From: Barthelona sp. PCE
Taxonomy: Eukaryota
DNA length: 64,000 nt
Reading direction: 5' to 3'
NCBI GenBank assembly: GCA_040285745.1
Contig: JAUFOR010000004.1
Span: forward strand, 682,001 to 746,000
Below, in pieces: positions 40,317-51,634 of this stretch; position 1 is the stretch's first letter, and the number at the start of each line of letters is the position of its first letter. The position numbers were made by a program, and so were the translations under genes. The notes beneath the pieces are model-generated. The model searched no databases, was not told the DNA's origin, and saw only the letters and a list, made by a program, of their open reading frames with translations.

Positions 40317-40429
40317 TTCAACCAATTTAGTAACATGTGCCAGGTTGAAGAGCGGCCTATTAAGGGGCATTGCTAGTTTTGATGTGTTAAACTACAGTAG
40401 AGACCGATATCAATTGAAAACTAGATGCC
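40317..40429. ncRNA. Candidate structured element (two hairpins), identity unknown
   Basis: TTCAACC (40317-40323) pairs with GGTTGAA (40343-40349). GGCAT-tg-CTAGTTTT (40366-40380) pairs with AAAACTAG-ATGCC (40417-40429). The patch is GC-richer than the AT-rich spacer around it. Confidence 0.2.
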
Positions 40430-41487
40430 GGCATTCCTTGGTACATTGAATTCTTTCAAATGTCTTAAAGTGCTTTTTTTTTAATAAAATATATTAAGCT
40501 TCATAACTATTCTAAAGAATAAATCTGAAAATTAAAATATATATATTCTATTTTATATATACGTAGATATTTCTTTCATTAGTGAAATCAAAAACATTAA
40601 GAACCTCCAAAAAATTCATACAGTTGCAGTGATGTTACTGATTTAAGTATTCAAAAAATCTTGAAAACACGAAATTTTCCCCTTTATTTTTTGTGGCTTA
40701 TTATTAGACAAACACCCAGTATTATTGGATAGTTAAAGAAAAAAATTTGGATGAATTCCACTACACGAACACATATAAAGGTAAAGGATTTGAGATAATT
40801 AGTTGCTGTTATTCTGGATAAATTTTACGCTCAGTAATGGGAATATACCTTATATCGTCCACTTACATGTCTTTGAACGTTCATTTCTCAATAGTATGCA
40901 AAATCTTTTCTTTCTGATATTCTTAGTTTATTTAGGGTAAACACACTATTGATTTAGTTTAAACTACAACAGTAATGCAATCTAAGTTGTTACATCACAA
41001 AATGATATGATTGAATATTAAACTTGTTAATCGTAAGCTGTTCAGACGGTCCTAAGGACAAAATGTTTGTAAATACACATTAAGCCACAAAATTTAAGCT
41101 TAAAGTTCATAAATACAAAAATGTGCAAACGTATGAGAATATTTGAGGTATTTTCAAATATTGGGTTTTTAAAAAGCGAAAAGATGTTCAACAATTTCAA
41201 AAACGCTATACCATGAAGTAAAATGCAAGGCAGTAAAACTTCAGGGATATACATAGTTCTTTCTTGTAGTCTCTTCCGATGAGCAGATTATCCATGTAAA
41301 GATCGACATATTTCCTTAGAAATCAGTAAAGATTGGCGTTTGGGCTCTATGCTCAACGTTGACACAGAAATATTTTTGTAATACCTATTTTCCCTCCTTA
41401 TCTAATGGCTGCTTGGTTCGATTTTTACTATTAATAACGCCAAACATCTTGATCATACCATTCTGATACATATAAACACACATACAT

Positions 41488-43350
41488 ATGCAACAATTAC
41501 GTAGTTCTCTAGACAACTTCGAGATCCTGTCTAAATTGGGATCAGGAAGTTTTGGAACTGTTTTTAAGGTCCGACGTAGGATTGATGGGGGTATTTATGT
41601 GCTAAAGAGGATATCACTGGAACGCAGTACCAAAATAGCTGATGTAACCAGGGAGGTTCACATTCTTGCGAGTCTGAATTCACCATTTATCACACGATAT
41701 TACGATTCCTTTGTGTCTGTTGATCCAAATACAAAAGAAGAATTTTTGAACATCATTATTCAATATTGTGAATACGGAACACTTTCTGATCTGATTAGAA
41801 GCAGGAAGGAATCAAGGCGGATGTTAACAATTGATGAGGTCTGGCACTTCTTTATACAGACAACGCTGGGTTTACATTATCTTCATGGCAAGAGAGTTTT
41901 GCATCGAGATTTGAAAACTCAAAACATCTTGCTTACTAAGAATTTAGAGGTGAAGATATGCGATTTTGGTGTTTCAACTGTACTTACACAATCACAGAGC
42001 TTTGCTAGGACCGTTATAGGTACACCATATTATATTTCTCCTGAAATTGTGGAGAACAAACCATACAACCAAAAGAGTGACACGTGGGCGCTTGGCATTC
42101 TGCTGTATGAGCTATGCTGTCTAACGTATCCCTTTAAAGCCAATAATCAAGGAGCGCTCTTGCTAAAAATCTTAAGGAGCAACCCGCCTGCTTTGCCACA
42201 GCCGTATCAGTCAGTTTTCGGACCTTTACTCAACTGCCTGTTGGTCAAGAATCCTTCTTATCGAGCTTCAACAGCTGACATTCTGAGGAATCCAGCATTG
42301 CAAACTTCTGCTAGAAGACTTCACATTAAGCTTCCTCATATCAAGATGATAACGCATATATCAGCCGAAGAGAACTCGTTGGTAGATGCTGATCGCCCAA
42401 AGAAACCCAGGCCCTTCAGCGCTGCAGACCTGGATGTTTTAAGAAAGGAATTGCAGTTAGATTTCACAAGTGTTTCAAAGGGTTCAGGTAGCGTAAGAAG
42501 TGCTAGTTCGTCACGAGGACGTTCGCCTTTGTTAATGAAAACTGAGCGTAAGCATCGTCCAAAGAGCGCAACGTTTCACATGTTGGCAAAAGAAGCTACT
42601 CCTGATAAACTCAGTTTCTTCTCACCAGGGTTTGAGCTTAAGATGAAGAGTTCTACCCCAAAACGTAAGGGCTCTAGAGAGCCGAGCGTTGAGAAATACA
42701 GTAGGAACACACCACCTCGTTCACAACCCCTTTCAACAAACAGAAAAAAATCGACGCACAAAGACGATGTGATGCTAGAGAACTTGCTTGATGATATTTT
42801 GGACGTGAAGCAGAACGATGGCATACATGGAGTCAGGAAATCCCTGCATTCAGAGTTTGCGATGGCGAACGATCATCTTACTTTGACGGAGACGGTAGAC
42901 TCGCTTTCAGTGAGCAACGCTTTTATCAGTAACGAATATGAGGATACCATCATCGATCAGCTACCAAAAATTGTGCCACACGCCACGCCGGTAGATTCTG
43001 ATTCTTCTGATGAGTTTGACGGTGAGCAGACGGTTAATGAGCTCAACATGCTTATCATAGAAGGTAAAGAGTTGCAAGAAAAAATCAACAAGACAAAGAG
43101 CTCAGTGTTTTCAAAAATTGTCGATAGAAGTCGTTTTCATCGTATCTATGCTTTGTATAAAAGTGCAAAATATGCACATGAAGAGAACAACGACGTTGAG
43201 AAAGGTAGGCTTGAAAATGAAATGACATCCATGTTAAAGAACGAAGAAATAGGAATATTAGAATGTATAGGTCAGTTAATAGACGATGAAGAACGGAACA
43301 TGACAATACAAGCCCAGATAAACGACATTATTAAATCTATGTCAATGTAG
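41488..43350 (+). CDS. NIMA-related kinase (NEK) with C-terminal disordered and coiled-coil tail
   Basis: LGSGSFGTVFKV, HRDLKTQNILL, ICDFG, ARTVIGTPYYISPE and KPYNQKSDTWALG are NEK-type motifs. Confidence 0.92.
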   Translation: MQQLRSSLDNFEILSKLGSGSFGTVFKVRRRIDGGIYVLKRISLERSTKIADVTREVHILASLNSPFITRYYDSFVSVDPNTKEEFLNIIIQYCEYGTLSDLIRSRKESRRMLTIDEVWHFFIQTTLGLHYLHGKRVLHRDLKTQNILLTKNLEVKICDFGVSTVLTQSQSFARTVIGTPYYISPEIVENKPYNQKSDTWALGILLYELCCLTYPFKANNQGALLLKILRSNPPALPQPYQSVFGPLLNCLLVKNPSYRASTADILRNPALQTSARRLHIKLPHIKMITHISAEENSLVDADRPKKPRPFSAADLDVLRKELQLDFTSVSKGSGSVRSASSSRGRSPLLMKTERKHRPKSATFHMLAKEATPDKLSFFSPGFELKMKSSTPKRKGSREPSVEKYSRNTPPRSQPLSTNRKKSTHKDDVMLENLLDDILDVKQNDGIHGVRKSLHSEFAMANDHLTLTETVDSLSVSNAFISNEYEDTIIDQLPKIVPHATPVDSDSSDEFDGEQTVNELNMLIIEGKELQEKINKTKSSVFSKIVDRSRFHRIYALYKSAKYAHEENNDVEKGRLENEMTSMLKNEEIGILECIGQLIDDEERNMTIQAQINDIIKSMSM

Positions 43351-43409
43351 TAATGAGTAGTAAACACATTTATTTATTCATCTTTATTCTTTACTTAAAT
43401 AGTTATTAG

Positions 43410-45278
43410 ATGCCACCAAAACCAAAGGGTAAGAAATGGCGTAGACAACAAAGGGCAAAGGGCAAAAAAGAGGGTAATAACAGTAAGAAGAAGGAAGAAA
43501 CAGTTGTTGAAGAATCATCAGTACCTGAAGTGTTGCCTGACGTTCACGTAACCAGTGTTCTGACAAGTCCTCCTAAGTCCTCGAACGTTGTTTATGATCG
43601 TGTTTCTATTAACGCTCATAACAAGATTATTCTTGACGACACACATATTGAAATCAATCAGGGTCACAGATATGCACTTATTTCTGAGGTAGGCAGTGGA
43701 AAAACAACACTTTTGAAGTGTCTTGCATACCAAAAGTTTGAGAATTTTCCCAGTCACATTGACATTCATTTAGTAGAGGGTGAGTATCCCAGTTGTGATA
43801 TTACACCCCTTCAGGCGGTTATGAAGAGGGCTAAGGACGAAGAAGAGCGTATCAATCAACAAATTGAAAGTCTCAATATGGATAATGAGGAAGAAGCAGC
43901 TTTGCTTGAACAGCTCTATTTCAGGATCGGTTCTCTCGATCTTGACACCGCAGAAGTCCGTGCAGAGAAGATTCTTCACGGTCTTGGTTTTTCACATGAT
44001 GATATGCATGAACGACCATGCAAAGCTTTCTCAGGTGGTTGGAGACATCGTATCAGTCTTGCGATTGCACTGCATCTGCAGCCACTCATTCTACTATTGG
44101 ACGAGCCCAGCGCACACCTTGATTTGGAATCATGCACTTACCTTGAGCTTTTGTTGAGAACATACCCATACACAATTCTTTTCTGTTCACACTCAAGTGA
44201 CTTCATTGATAATGTGGCAACAGACTGTGTGCTATTGTATGAACCCCATAGAAAGATTTACTACTTCAGAGGTAACTATACAAGTTACGTCAGAGCACGC
44301 GCAAACATGGAAATTAACCAGATGCGTCGCTACCACCGTGATCAGGATAAGGTAAAGGCACTCAAGGGTTTCATTGCTAAATATGGCCAGAAATCCAAAC
44401 AACTAAGTCGACAGGCCGCGTCTCGTTCTAAACAACTTACGAGGATGGTTGAGGAAGGCCTAACCGACCGTGTAGTCAACGAGGCTTCACTCACATTCCG
44501 TTTTCCTGAGCCCCGAATATTTGACTGCAGTGCCATTTTTTTCCAAGACGTATCCTTTGGTTATCCACCAATTGGAAACCCTGATGCACCCCCAGAGCGC
44601 ATTTTGTACGACGGTGTCAACATTTCTTTGTCGTTGGGTGAGAACTCAACTAAAATCGTTCTTGTCGCACAGAACGGTCTCGGTAAATCGACTTTGTTGA
44701 GGCTCATGGGTGGCCCTCTCATCCACGAAGACCACGCTTTGTACCCAGTCGAAGGCAACATCAGGCGCCACAGTCACGCAAAGATCGGTTATCTGCATCA
44801 ACACCTGCTGGAGGAGTTACCTTTAGAAATGACTCCACTGCAATATTTCGCACGTGAGTTCGATGGCGAACACAAGGAACAATCAATGAGACAGTTACTT
44901 GGCCCATACGGTATCTCAAGAGAAATTCAGGATACGCCCATTGGGTATCTGTCAAGTGGACAGCGTGTCCTTCTTGCGTTGGCTCATATTGCTAACCAGG
45001 CGCCTAATGTTTTATTGCTGGATGAAGTAAGTAATCACCTGAGTATTGGTGCTATAGACAGTCTTTGTAATGCTCTCAACGAATACAAGGGTGCAGTTGT
45101 TATTGTGAGTCACGATTTTAGATTGATTGACAAGGTTGCCAACGAGATTTGGGTTATTGAGAACGAAGAAGTGAGACAATGGGAGGGTGATATCTATGAT
45201 TATAAGAACTACCTTCTCAGCAAAGTCTCTGAGGATGTTGCTGACGTTATGGATGTCGTTGAACATCATAATGAATAA
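43410..45278 (+). CDS. ABCF2: ABC-F family ATPase (ABCF2/Arb1-like)
   Basis: Two nucleotide-binding domains and no TM domain: GSGKTT, FSGGWRHRISLA, LLLDEP, YFRGNY linker, NGLGKST, LSSGQ, LLLDE, VSHDFRLI. Confidence 0.85.
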   Translation: MPPKPKGKKWRRQQRAKGKKEGNNSKKKEETVVEESSVPEVLPDVHVTSVLTSPPKSSNVVYDRVSINAHNKIILDDTHIEINQGHRYALISEVGSGKTTLLKCLAYQKFENFPSHIDIHLVEGEYPSCDITPLQAVMKRAKDEEERINQQIESLNMDNEEEAALLEQLYFRIGSLDLDTAEVRAEKILHGLGFSHDDMHERPCKAFSGGWRHRISLAIALHLQPLILLLDEPSAHLDLESCTYLELLLRTYPYTILFCSHSSDFIDNVATDCVLLYEPHRKIYYFRGNYTSYVRARANMEINQMRRYHRDQDKVKALKGFIAKYGQKSKQLSRQAASRSKQLTRMVEEGLTDRVVNEASLTFRFPEPRIFDCSAIFFQDVSFGYPPIGNPDAPPERILYDGVNISLSLGENSTKIVLVAQNGLGKSTLLRLMGGPLIHEDHALYPVEGNIRRHSHAKIGYLHQHLLEELPLEMTPLQYFAREFDGEHKEQSMRQLLGPYGISREIQDTPIGYLSSGQRVLLALAHIANQAPNVLLLDEVSNHLSIGAIDSLCNALNEYKGAVVIVSHDFRLIDKVANEIWVIENEEVRQWEGDIYDYKNYLLSKVSEDVADVMDVVEHHNE

Positions 45279-45296
45279 ATTCAAAAAAATGTTGAA

Positions 45297-45782
45297 CTAA
45301 GATGTGCTGTAAGACATTGTTTTTTGCTTTTTAATCTTCTCATTGATTGTCAGCAAAAAAAGGGAAGCAGATACAATGAACAGGAGGCCCACCTCAGTGA
45401 AATATAGGAGAAAGAACCTAAGGTTAACATGCTGGTCAAATTCCGTGAGATATGTGTTTAAACGGAACATCTCCTGACCATCTATGATGAGAGAGATGCA
45501 AAGGCTCACAAAACACAGGAAAAACCCAAACATTACGTAGCCACGATCATTTTGGTGGACGATCCAACTCAAAAACAGAAAACAGCTTAACAATAACGCT
45601 AAATCTGAAAAAATATGGAGTGTCGTGTTAGCAGAGTCCCAGTAAGCAAACTGATCAATGGATAGTATGGTAAAAAAGAGGGAAGTAATAAGGATGAGGT
45701 ACGAAAAACGAATATACCCCTTTTCGTTGAATGTGTGCGTGCTGACTGACCGATAAAAACGTGTTGAGTTGGATTTAAACAT
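45297..45782 (-). CDS. Small four-transmembrane hypothetical protein
   Basis: First ATG at 45782 (the track start is GTG); four hydrophobic segments of about 20 aa. Confidence 0.6.
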   Translation of the reverse strand: MFKSNSTRFYRSVSTHTFNEKGYIRFSYLILITSLFFTILSIDQFAYWDSANTTLHIFSDLALLLSCFLFLSWIVHQNDRGYVMFGFFLCFVSLCISLIIDGQEMFRLNTYLTEFDQHVNLRFFLLYFTEVGLLFIVSASLFLLTINEKIKKQKTMSYSTS

Positions 45783-45857
45783 GCATGAAAATCGTTTAAT
45801 ATGTGTTAACACTTTTCTCCCCCATTTCACTTTTTTTGTTTAGAAAGCTATTGTGAC

Positions 45858-48800
45858 ATGAGTTTTTTCCCGAACAGTTTCTGTATATTTGGTATGACCT
45901 TTTAAATTTATACAAATTGTAACTGACATTTAGGTCCTAAAGGTTCAGGAAAGACAACTATCGCAGAAAAGTTAGCGGATTTCACGGGTTACACGATTGT
46001 GAATGCAGACTCTATCATCACATATTGCAAAGATCAAGCAGGTGCCGAGAAAAATGGTTCCATCAATCTTTCAGATGAGGATTTCGCCCAGTATTTGGCT
46101 AAGTATCTGAAGGCATGTCAGCTACTTTACTCAGGTGTAATTCTTGATGGCATTCCGAACGATCAAGTTTCAGTTGATTTGCTTGCAGATAAGAAGCTTT
46201 TACCAGCACAAGCTATTGTATTGGATCTTGATGATGATACACTCATTCATCGCCGGGAGCATTTCAGGATAAACGAACTTGGAAACCTCATATGTACACT
46301 TAATAACAGTTCCACTTTCCCCACCGGTGAGTTGTACCTTGCACAACCAGAGCCATTGAAGTTGGCGAGCATGGTGGAGAAGACCGAGGACGAAGACGAA
46401 TCCGAAGAGGAGGAGGAATCTGAGGAAGAAGAGGAACTTGAAGAGGAGGAAGGCGAAGAAGGTGAGTCAAAGCCGACAGAGCCTGAACCAGCAAAGATGG
46501 AGCGCCGTCCCGAGGACTCACACGATAACGTGATGGCAGATCTGGCTCATTACAAGGAGCAAATGCCTGGTATAATGAACACACTTCGTCTTGCTACAGT
46601 TCACACCGTTTCTGCGCTTTCCAACGCAGATGACGTATTCTACACGTTACTGTATAAGTTGGGCTTGAACGACCAGCGATCTACAGTATTCCGCGACAAG
46701 GTTCCAATTCCTCTCCCAAGTACTGATGCACTAGAGGATTTGCTCGAAGGCATCAACGCCCCTGTACCAGTCATGGTGTCACCCATCTTCAAGGAGTACT
46801 GCCCCGTATCTGCACACCACGGAGCCCTCATAAAGGGATCTCTTGACAGGGCAATTCTGTACGGTGGTTATGTATACATGTGTCAAAACGAGCAGACACA
46901 TCAGCTGTTCCTCCAGAACGCCGTTAAATACATCCAGTTTCCTGACCGTTTGAAACCCCTGAAACTATTGCTCTGTGCACCTGATGCATCTCTCGAGGAG
47001 GCGCTCGATGATTTATGCGGAGAAATATCTCAGACTTTGCACATCGAGAACACTGCTGTTATTGAGGTTGACTTTATGAACCCAACATGGGCCAATCTCG
47101 AGAAGCAGATCTACGATGCAATTCCAGAATTCGGAACAACTAAGTCAACCGAGAATGAGTCAAAGATGACTGGTATGCTTAGCGATATCAACCGTGCAGC
47201 CAACGAGACGGAGGTCTGTGTTGCTGCAAAGGGAGACGCATCAATCGTCAAGGAGCTGTTTGCCAATAACAAGCATTTCTCAAAGCTCCTTTTATATGTC
47301 CCTCATAACTTCACCGATGAACAGATGAATGTTTTCATGGAAGATGAGGCTATCAAGGAACGAATTCTTGTTGTACGCGCTCCCGAACCGAAGAAGGCAG
47401 TTGCGGTTGATCCTGATCCACGCCCGGAGAGCAAGGTGAGCTTTAACGTTGACGTTGAGGTTGTGGACTCAGAGAACGAGGACGAGCCCAACGAGATGGT
47501 GAGCCTTGACGGGGAGGAGGACGAAGAAGAGAAGGAAGAGAAAGTTTTTGATATACCAACTCAGTCAGTAAGTCCCATTGAGTTCATAGAGAAGCACTTC
47601 ACCCCGTACCACTTCAAGGCAGAGCCGTTCCCGCAAGAGGTTGACGATGGTATTCCCCACAAGTATGGTCTGATGCTTGGTTGGTGCGGTGTCTATGATC
47701 CTGTTTATTACGTTGACAAGCGTCAGTTGCGCCGTGGAAAGACAACTCAGGAGCTGATGGTAGTCTATAACTCAGAGCTCTATCTATTTTTCGATGAACT
47801 CTCTAAGGCAGAGTTTGAGCGACAACCGAGTCTTTTCATCGAGGAACAGCCTCCAATCCCAACAGTCTCTGTCATATTTGCGCCGAATGGAGTGGACACG
47901 TCGAATGTCTTCAAGGAGTGGGGTGTGGACCCCATCATTCCCAAGTGGCCCAAGCAATACAAAGAAATTTGGGAACTTGAGAAGGATTCTGATGAGGAAG
48001 ACGAAGAGGAAGATGAAGAGGAAGATGATGGGGAGCTCGAGCTCTTGGTCGAACAAGAGAAGGCACTGTATGCAAAGATAACCAGCCAAGTACGCTCTAA
48101 TATGGATAACAATTATCCATCATTTGTGTTGTTGGTCAATGAGAGCCAGCGCTTCAACCAGGGTTGCATCGAATCGCTGTTGAAGGATAAGATCTATGTT
48201 GAGTCAATAGTACGTCTTAACGCCAAACCAGAGGACTGCATTGAGACGTTGTTGAAACCCATTGTTGTCCCACCGGAGGAGCTAGATGAGCTTAAGGGCG
48301 TTGAGTTGGCTGCTCGTAAGCGCGAGCTGAAGGAGGAGCAGGTAACTGAATTGACTGAGGAGTTTGAGGCGTATGTCTCGTCGCTCGATGAGACACTTGA
48401 GACACTCGTCGAGGAAAGTGGATACATCGTCAAGGAATATAACATGTCTGTTGGAGCATCGGTGAACGATTATAAGGCATTCATCAAGAGTTTGGTTTTA
48501 CCTGAGCGTCGTTCGCTGTTTATGCGTAATAAGTATCAGATGGAGGAGCTTTCTTTCACTGAGTTCCAGGAGCTGCAGCTGACTGACCGTGTAGTCATCA
48601 GCCAATTTGGATTCATCGATTGTGTTGAGTTCAAGCGCTCCAAGCTTACCCGCCCTCTCTTTACTGCTCAGATGCTTGTTGCCACTAACGCCGCAGCCAC
48701 TTCTGCATATGTTGTTGAGCGGAAGATCCGGATTTTGAGAGTTAAGGACCAGGTGTTTTTCTTCTCATCCCTCTACAATATGACTGCTTTCATGCAAACT

Positions 48801-50318
48801 CCTGACATTTACATTGGTCAGATCTCAGAGGGCCAGCACCTACCCGGCTACGTGAGCCCCGCCATCTCTTTATTGACCACAAAGAAACACGATCTGGCGT
48901 TCGATGTTGGTGTGAAGTTGGCACAATTCTTTGATTGCATGTTTGTAACGCCAGAGGTCGTGCTTAAGTTCATTCTTGTGCGATGCAGCGGTATGAAGGA
49001 TCACGAGCGCATCACAACGATGTCTGTTGAGGACTTTATAAGTGAGGATAATCTTGACTACTTAGTAACTTGTGTTTCCTATGTGTTGAGCTTATCTGTC
49101 GCTGCTACACACGGTTATATATTGTTTGGTTTCCCTCTGGGTCTCTTTGACAAGTTGACATTGAGTGCCCACCACCAGTTCTGCTTCTTTGACGGTCAGA
49201 AGACGCACCCCATCTCTGAAATGTCAGAATGGTGTGAATCAAAACGCGCCTTTGCTGACTGGCAATCGTTAAGTTTGTTTGTCGATAACCACAACCACAA
49301 ATTCGTTAACGGGTGTCTTGTTTTGGATTATGCATGGAATGCACAGCTTTGCTTCAGATTCCTCCAGACAAAGATTAGAGATGCAACCATCTGCAATTCC
49401 CTCATCCGCATGCCGCATCGGCAGGATGCTGTTCTGTGTAGAAACTTGAAGCTTCGTAGACGTATCTTTGAGCTCAGCGCTGAGAAGCACCGTTGCTTCT
49501 GCCCCGTTGTCTTGAAGGACACACGTCGTCTTTGCCCTCTCGTTGTTGATGAGACTATGTACCGCAGTGTATCCAAGGGTGCTGACGGTTGGCTTGAGTA
49601 TGGTGAACTCGTTTGGTTTAAGGGTGATTTTTACTTGGTCGCAAAGGCATCTCTCGATCTGTTCATGAGGGACCCCGTTGTGTATACCACAGATATTCCA
49701 ATCCCACCGAACGTACCACTCTTCTTGGGCGATTACCAGGAATCGAGACAAACCTTGGCTCTGTTTGGCTTCTGCCCTGTCCAGCTTCAGGAAAATGAGT
49801 TCCTTATTGATGGATTCCGCAAGTACGCTGTAACATACTGTAACAAGACATACCTGCTCTCGTCAGTTTCAGCAGTTCGGAGATTTTTCGATCAACCATA
49901 CTTTTTCAGCAATGCTGAGCTTCCAGAAAACACAAACTGTCCACTCACTGTCGAAGAGGCAAGGGATTTGTCAGTGAAGCGATATCTCATTAACATCATT
50001 CATCCAATTCTAGAACCTCTCTTGAAATTATTTGAGGATGCAGAAAATAGACCTTTATTACCTGGTTACACAGTTACACAGTCAGCATTAAAGTATTTGG
50101 GTATGTACTTCCTACAACACAAGGGAACAAAGCTGAATGACGTCGCTCAAATGTCCAGGAATGGTAAGATTGAGCTCTTTAAGAAATTTTTGTCAGTTTT
50201 TTCGAATCTCGAGAATATTGAAGAAGTAACTTCAGAGAACCTTATTTTTGTGATGGAGCAACTGAATTTGAGTGAGCAGAGTAGGAACTTTGACTACTGG
50301 AGCATGTTTGAATTGTAA
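45858..50318 (+). CDS. AK9: Adenylate kinase 9-like protein (AK and YHS-like repeats); 2 exons 45858-45891, 45934-50318
   Basis: Removing a 42-nt intron gives MSFFPNSFCIFGPKGSGKTTIAEKLA (P-loop) in frame with the 45999 ORF, 1472 aa in total. Repeated YHS-like modules (YCPV...FLQNAVKY, YDPV...FERQPSLF, FCPV...FFDQPYFF) and C-terminal QSALKYLGMY. Confidence 0.8.
45892..45933 (+). other. Spliceosomal intron, 42 nt, phase 1
   Basis: GTATGA...ACTGAC-ATT-TAG. Removal restores the Walker A motif; retention gives an in-frame TAA. Confidence 0.9.
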
Positions 50319-50335
50319 ATCTTTTTCTTGTCTTT

Positions 50336-51634
50336 ATGTTTTCACTTTCTTTTTCTGATACTCAGGCATTGCCAGACGAAGAGTTTTGCATCAGTTCTGT
50401 AGATTTATTGCGGTTTTTCTCTGTTATGAGTTGGGATAACCGGGTTTTGTTCTCTTTGGCTAATGATAAGAACGCTACCTCACACCTTTTCAGTGTTATC
50501 CAAGGGTCTACTATCGATTTTAAGTTTATGCACATTAATGATCTTACACACGATTGCGCAAGCGTTCTTTCACCACCTTATGCAATTTTGAATGAACATG
50601 AACAGTATTACGCCTCGTGCGTTAAGCGCTGCATCTACATTAGGGACTCGCTAAAACTCAATTCTTTGATCAATGAAGTAGCTCCGGCTATTGCATTACC
50701 TCAGCATTTAAAGGTACGCTTTCTATCGTGGGCTAAAAGCGCACCCATGCTTGCTATCGTTACGCGCACCAATTTACAGATCCACAGCGTGTTGTTTGGC
50801 ATTGTTTACGAAACCGAACTTTCAACCGCTCCTCTTCAAGCTGAGTGGACTGAGAATCGATTTTTCCTGCTTTGCAAGCGCTCTCTTATCATCCTGGAGG
50901 AGAGAAACAAGCGATTGGTTGCTCAAGAGATTCCCATTCCAGAATCTCGTCGTTTTATTGTTGATGAAAGAGATAGCTGCGTGCATGTTGCTTGTGACAC
51001 TCGTTTACTCGCCAGCTCTCCCAGAAAGCTGCGATATGCGTCCATCTCCGACGATATTCAGCAATCCATTTCTGTTTTGGCTGAGCACTCCTCATTTCCA
51101 CAGTTGCTTAGAATATCTTTCGGTGGGAATGTAACATACATAGATGATCTTGTGATGGAAACTGAGCATCCTTTAATTATACCTCATGTTTTTTTCAAAG
51201 TGGGAAACGATTTTTTGATAGCGAGTCATACGGTTTCACGCGCTTTTTACATCCGAGACAAGCATGTGTATGCGTTTGATCTCAGCGGTCAGCATATTCT
51301 CTCTTGTTTTGAGCACGATGGTTTTTTTTATGCTGTTCATTCAAGAAACGCTCATTCAACTATGCTGAGCGGTACAAAATTCACTGGTCTTGCTGTCTCA
51401 CGCCTCAACGTGAGCTTTATAACAAATGATAGTAATGAAATAGGAGAAAAACCTTTACTGCAGCTCAGTCCTGATCTTGAAGAAAAAGAAAACCATGTAT
51501 ATATAATGAATCAGTTCTTAAAGCAGATCTCCGATCAAATGGGCACGATTGTGAAGCGTATGGATTCACTGGAAGAGCGTTTGGAGCGGATCGAGGACAT
51601 CACAGTTAGTGTTGTTCAGAAGCTTAATCTATGA
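50336..51634 (+). CDS. Beta-propeller protein with short C-terminal coiled coil (WDCP-like architecture, tentative)
   Basis: 432-aa ATG ORF with WD-like strands (VRFLSWAKSAPMLAIV) and C-terminal heptads (ISDQMGTIVKRMDSLEERLERIE). Confidence 0.6.
   Translation: MFSLSFSDTQALPDEEFCISSVDLLRFFSVMSWDNRVLFSLANDKNATSHLFSVIQGSTIDFKFMHINDLTHDCASVLSPPYAILNEHEQYYASCVKRCIYIRDSLKLNSLINEVAPAIALPQHLKVRFLSWAKSAPMLAIVTRTNLQIHSVLFGIVYETELSTAPLQAEWTENRFFLLCKRSLIILEERNKRLVAQEIPIPESRRFIVDERDSCVHVACDTRLLASSPRKLRYASISDDIQQSISVLAEHSSFPQLLRISFGGNVTYIDDLVMETEHPLIIPHVFFKVGNDFLIASHTVSRAFYIRDKHVYAFDLSGQHILSCFEHDGFFYAVHSRNAHSTMLSGTKFTGLAVSRLNVSFITNDSNEIGEKPLLQLSPDLEEKENHVYIMNQFLKQISDQMGTIVKRMDSLEERLERIEDITVSVVQKLNL

Noticed and set aside
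40689..41092. 12-bp inverted repeat TTTTGTGGCTTA / TAAGCCACAAAA about 400 bp apart (possible MITE)
   Set aside because: No clean target-site duplication, no second copy in the window, and a match of this length is plausible by chance in 1.3 kb of AT-rich DNA.
41042..41254. 70-aa minus-strand ORF in the RPN5-NEK spacer
   Set aside because: F/I/L/K/N-rich translation typical of AT-rich noncoding DNA.
42222..42233. ACCTTTACTCAA, resembling the Giardia ncRNA/trans-intron 3' processing motif
   Set aside because: It lies inside the uninterrupted NEK kinase domain coding sequence, with no associated split intron.
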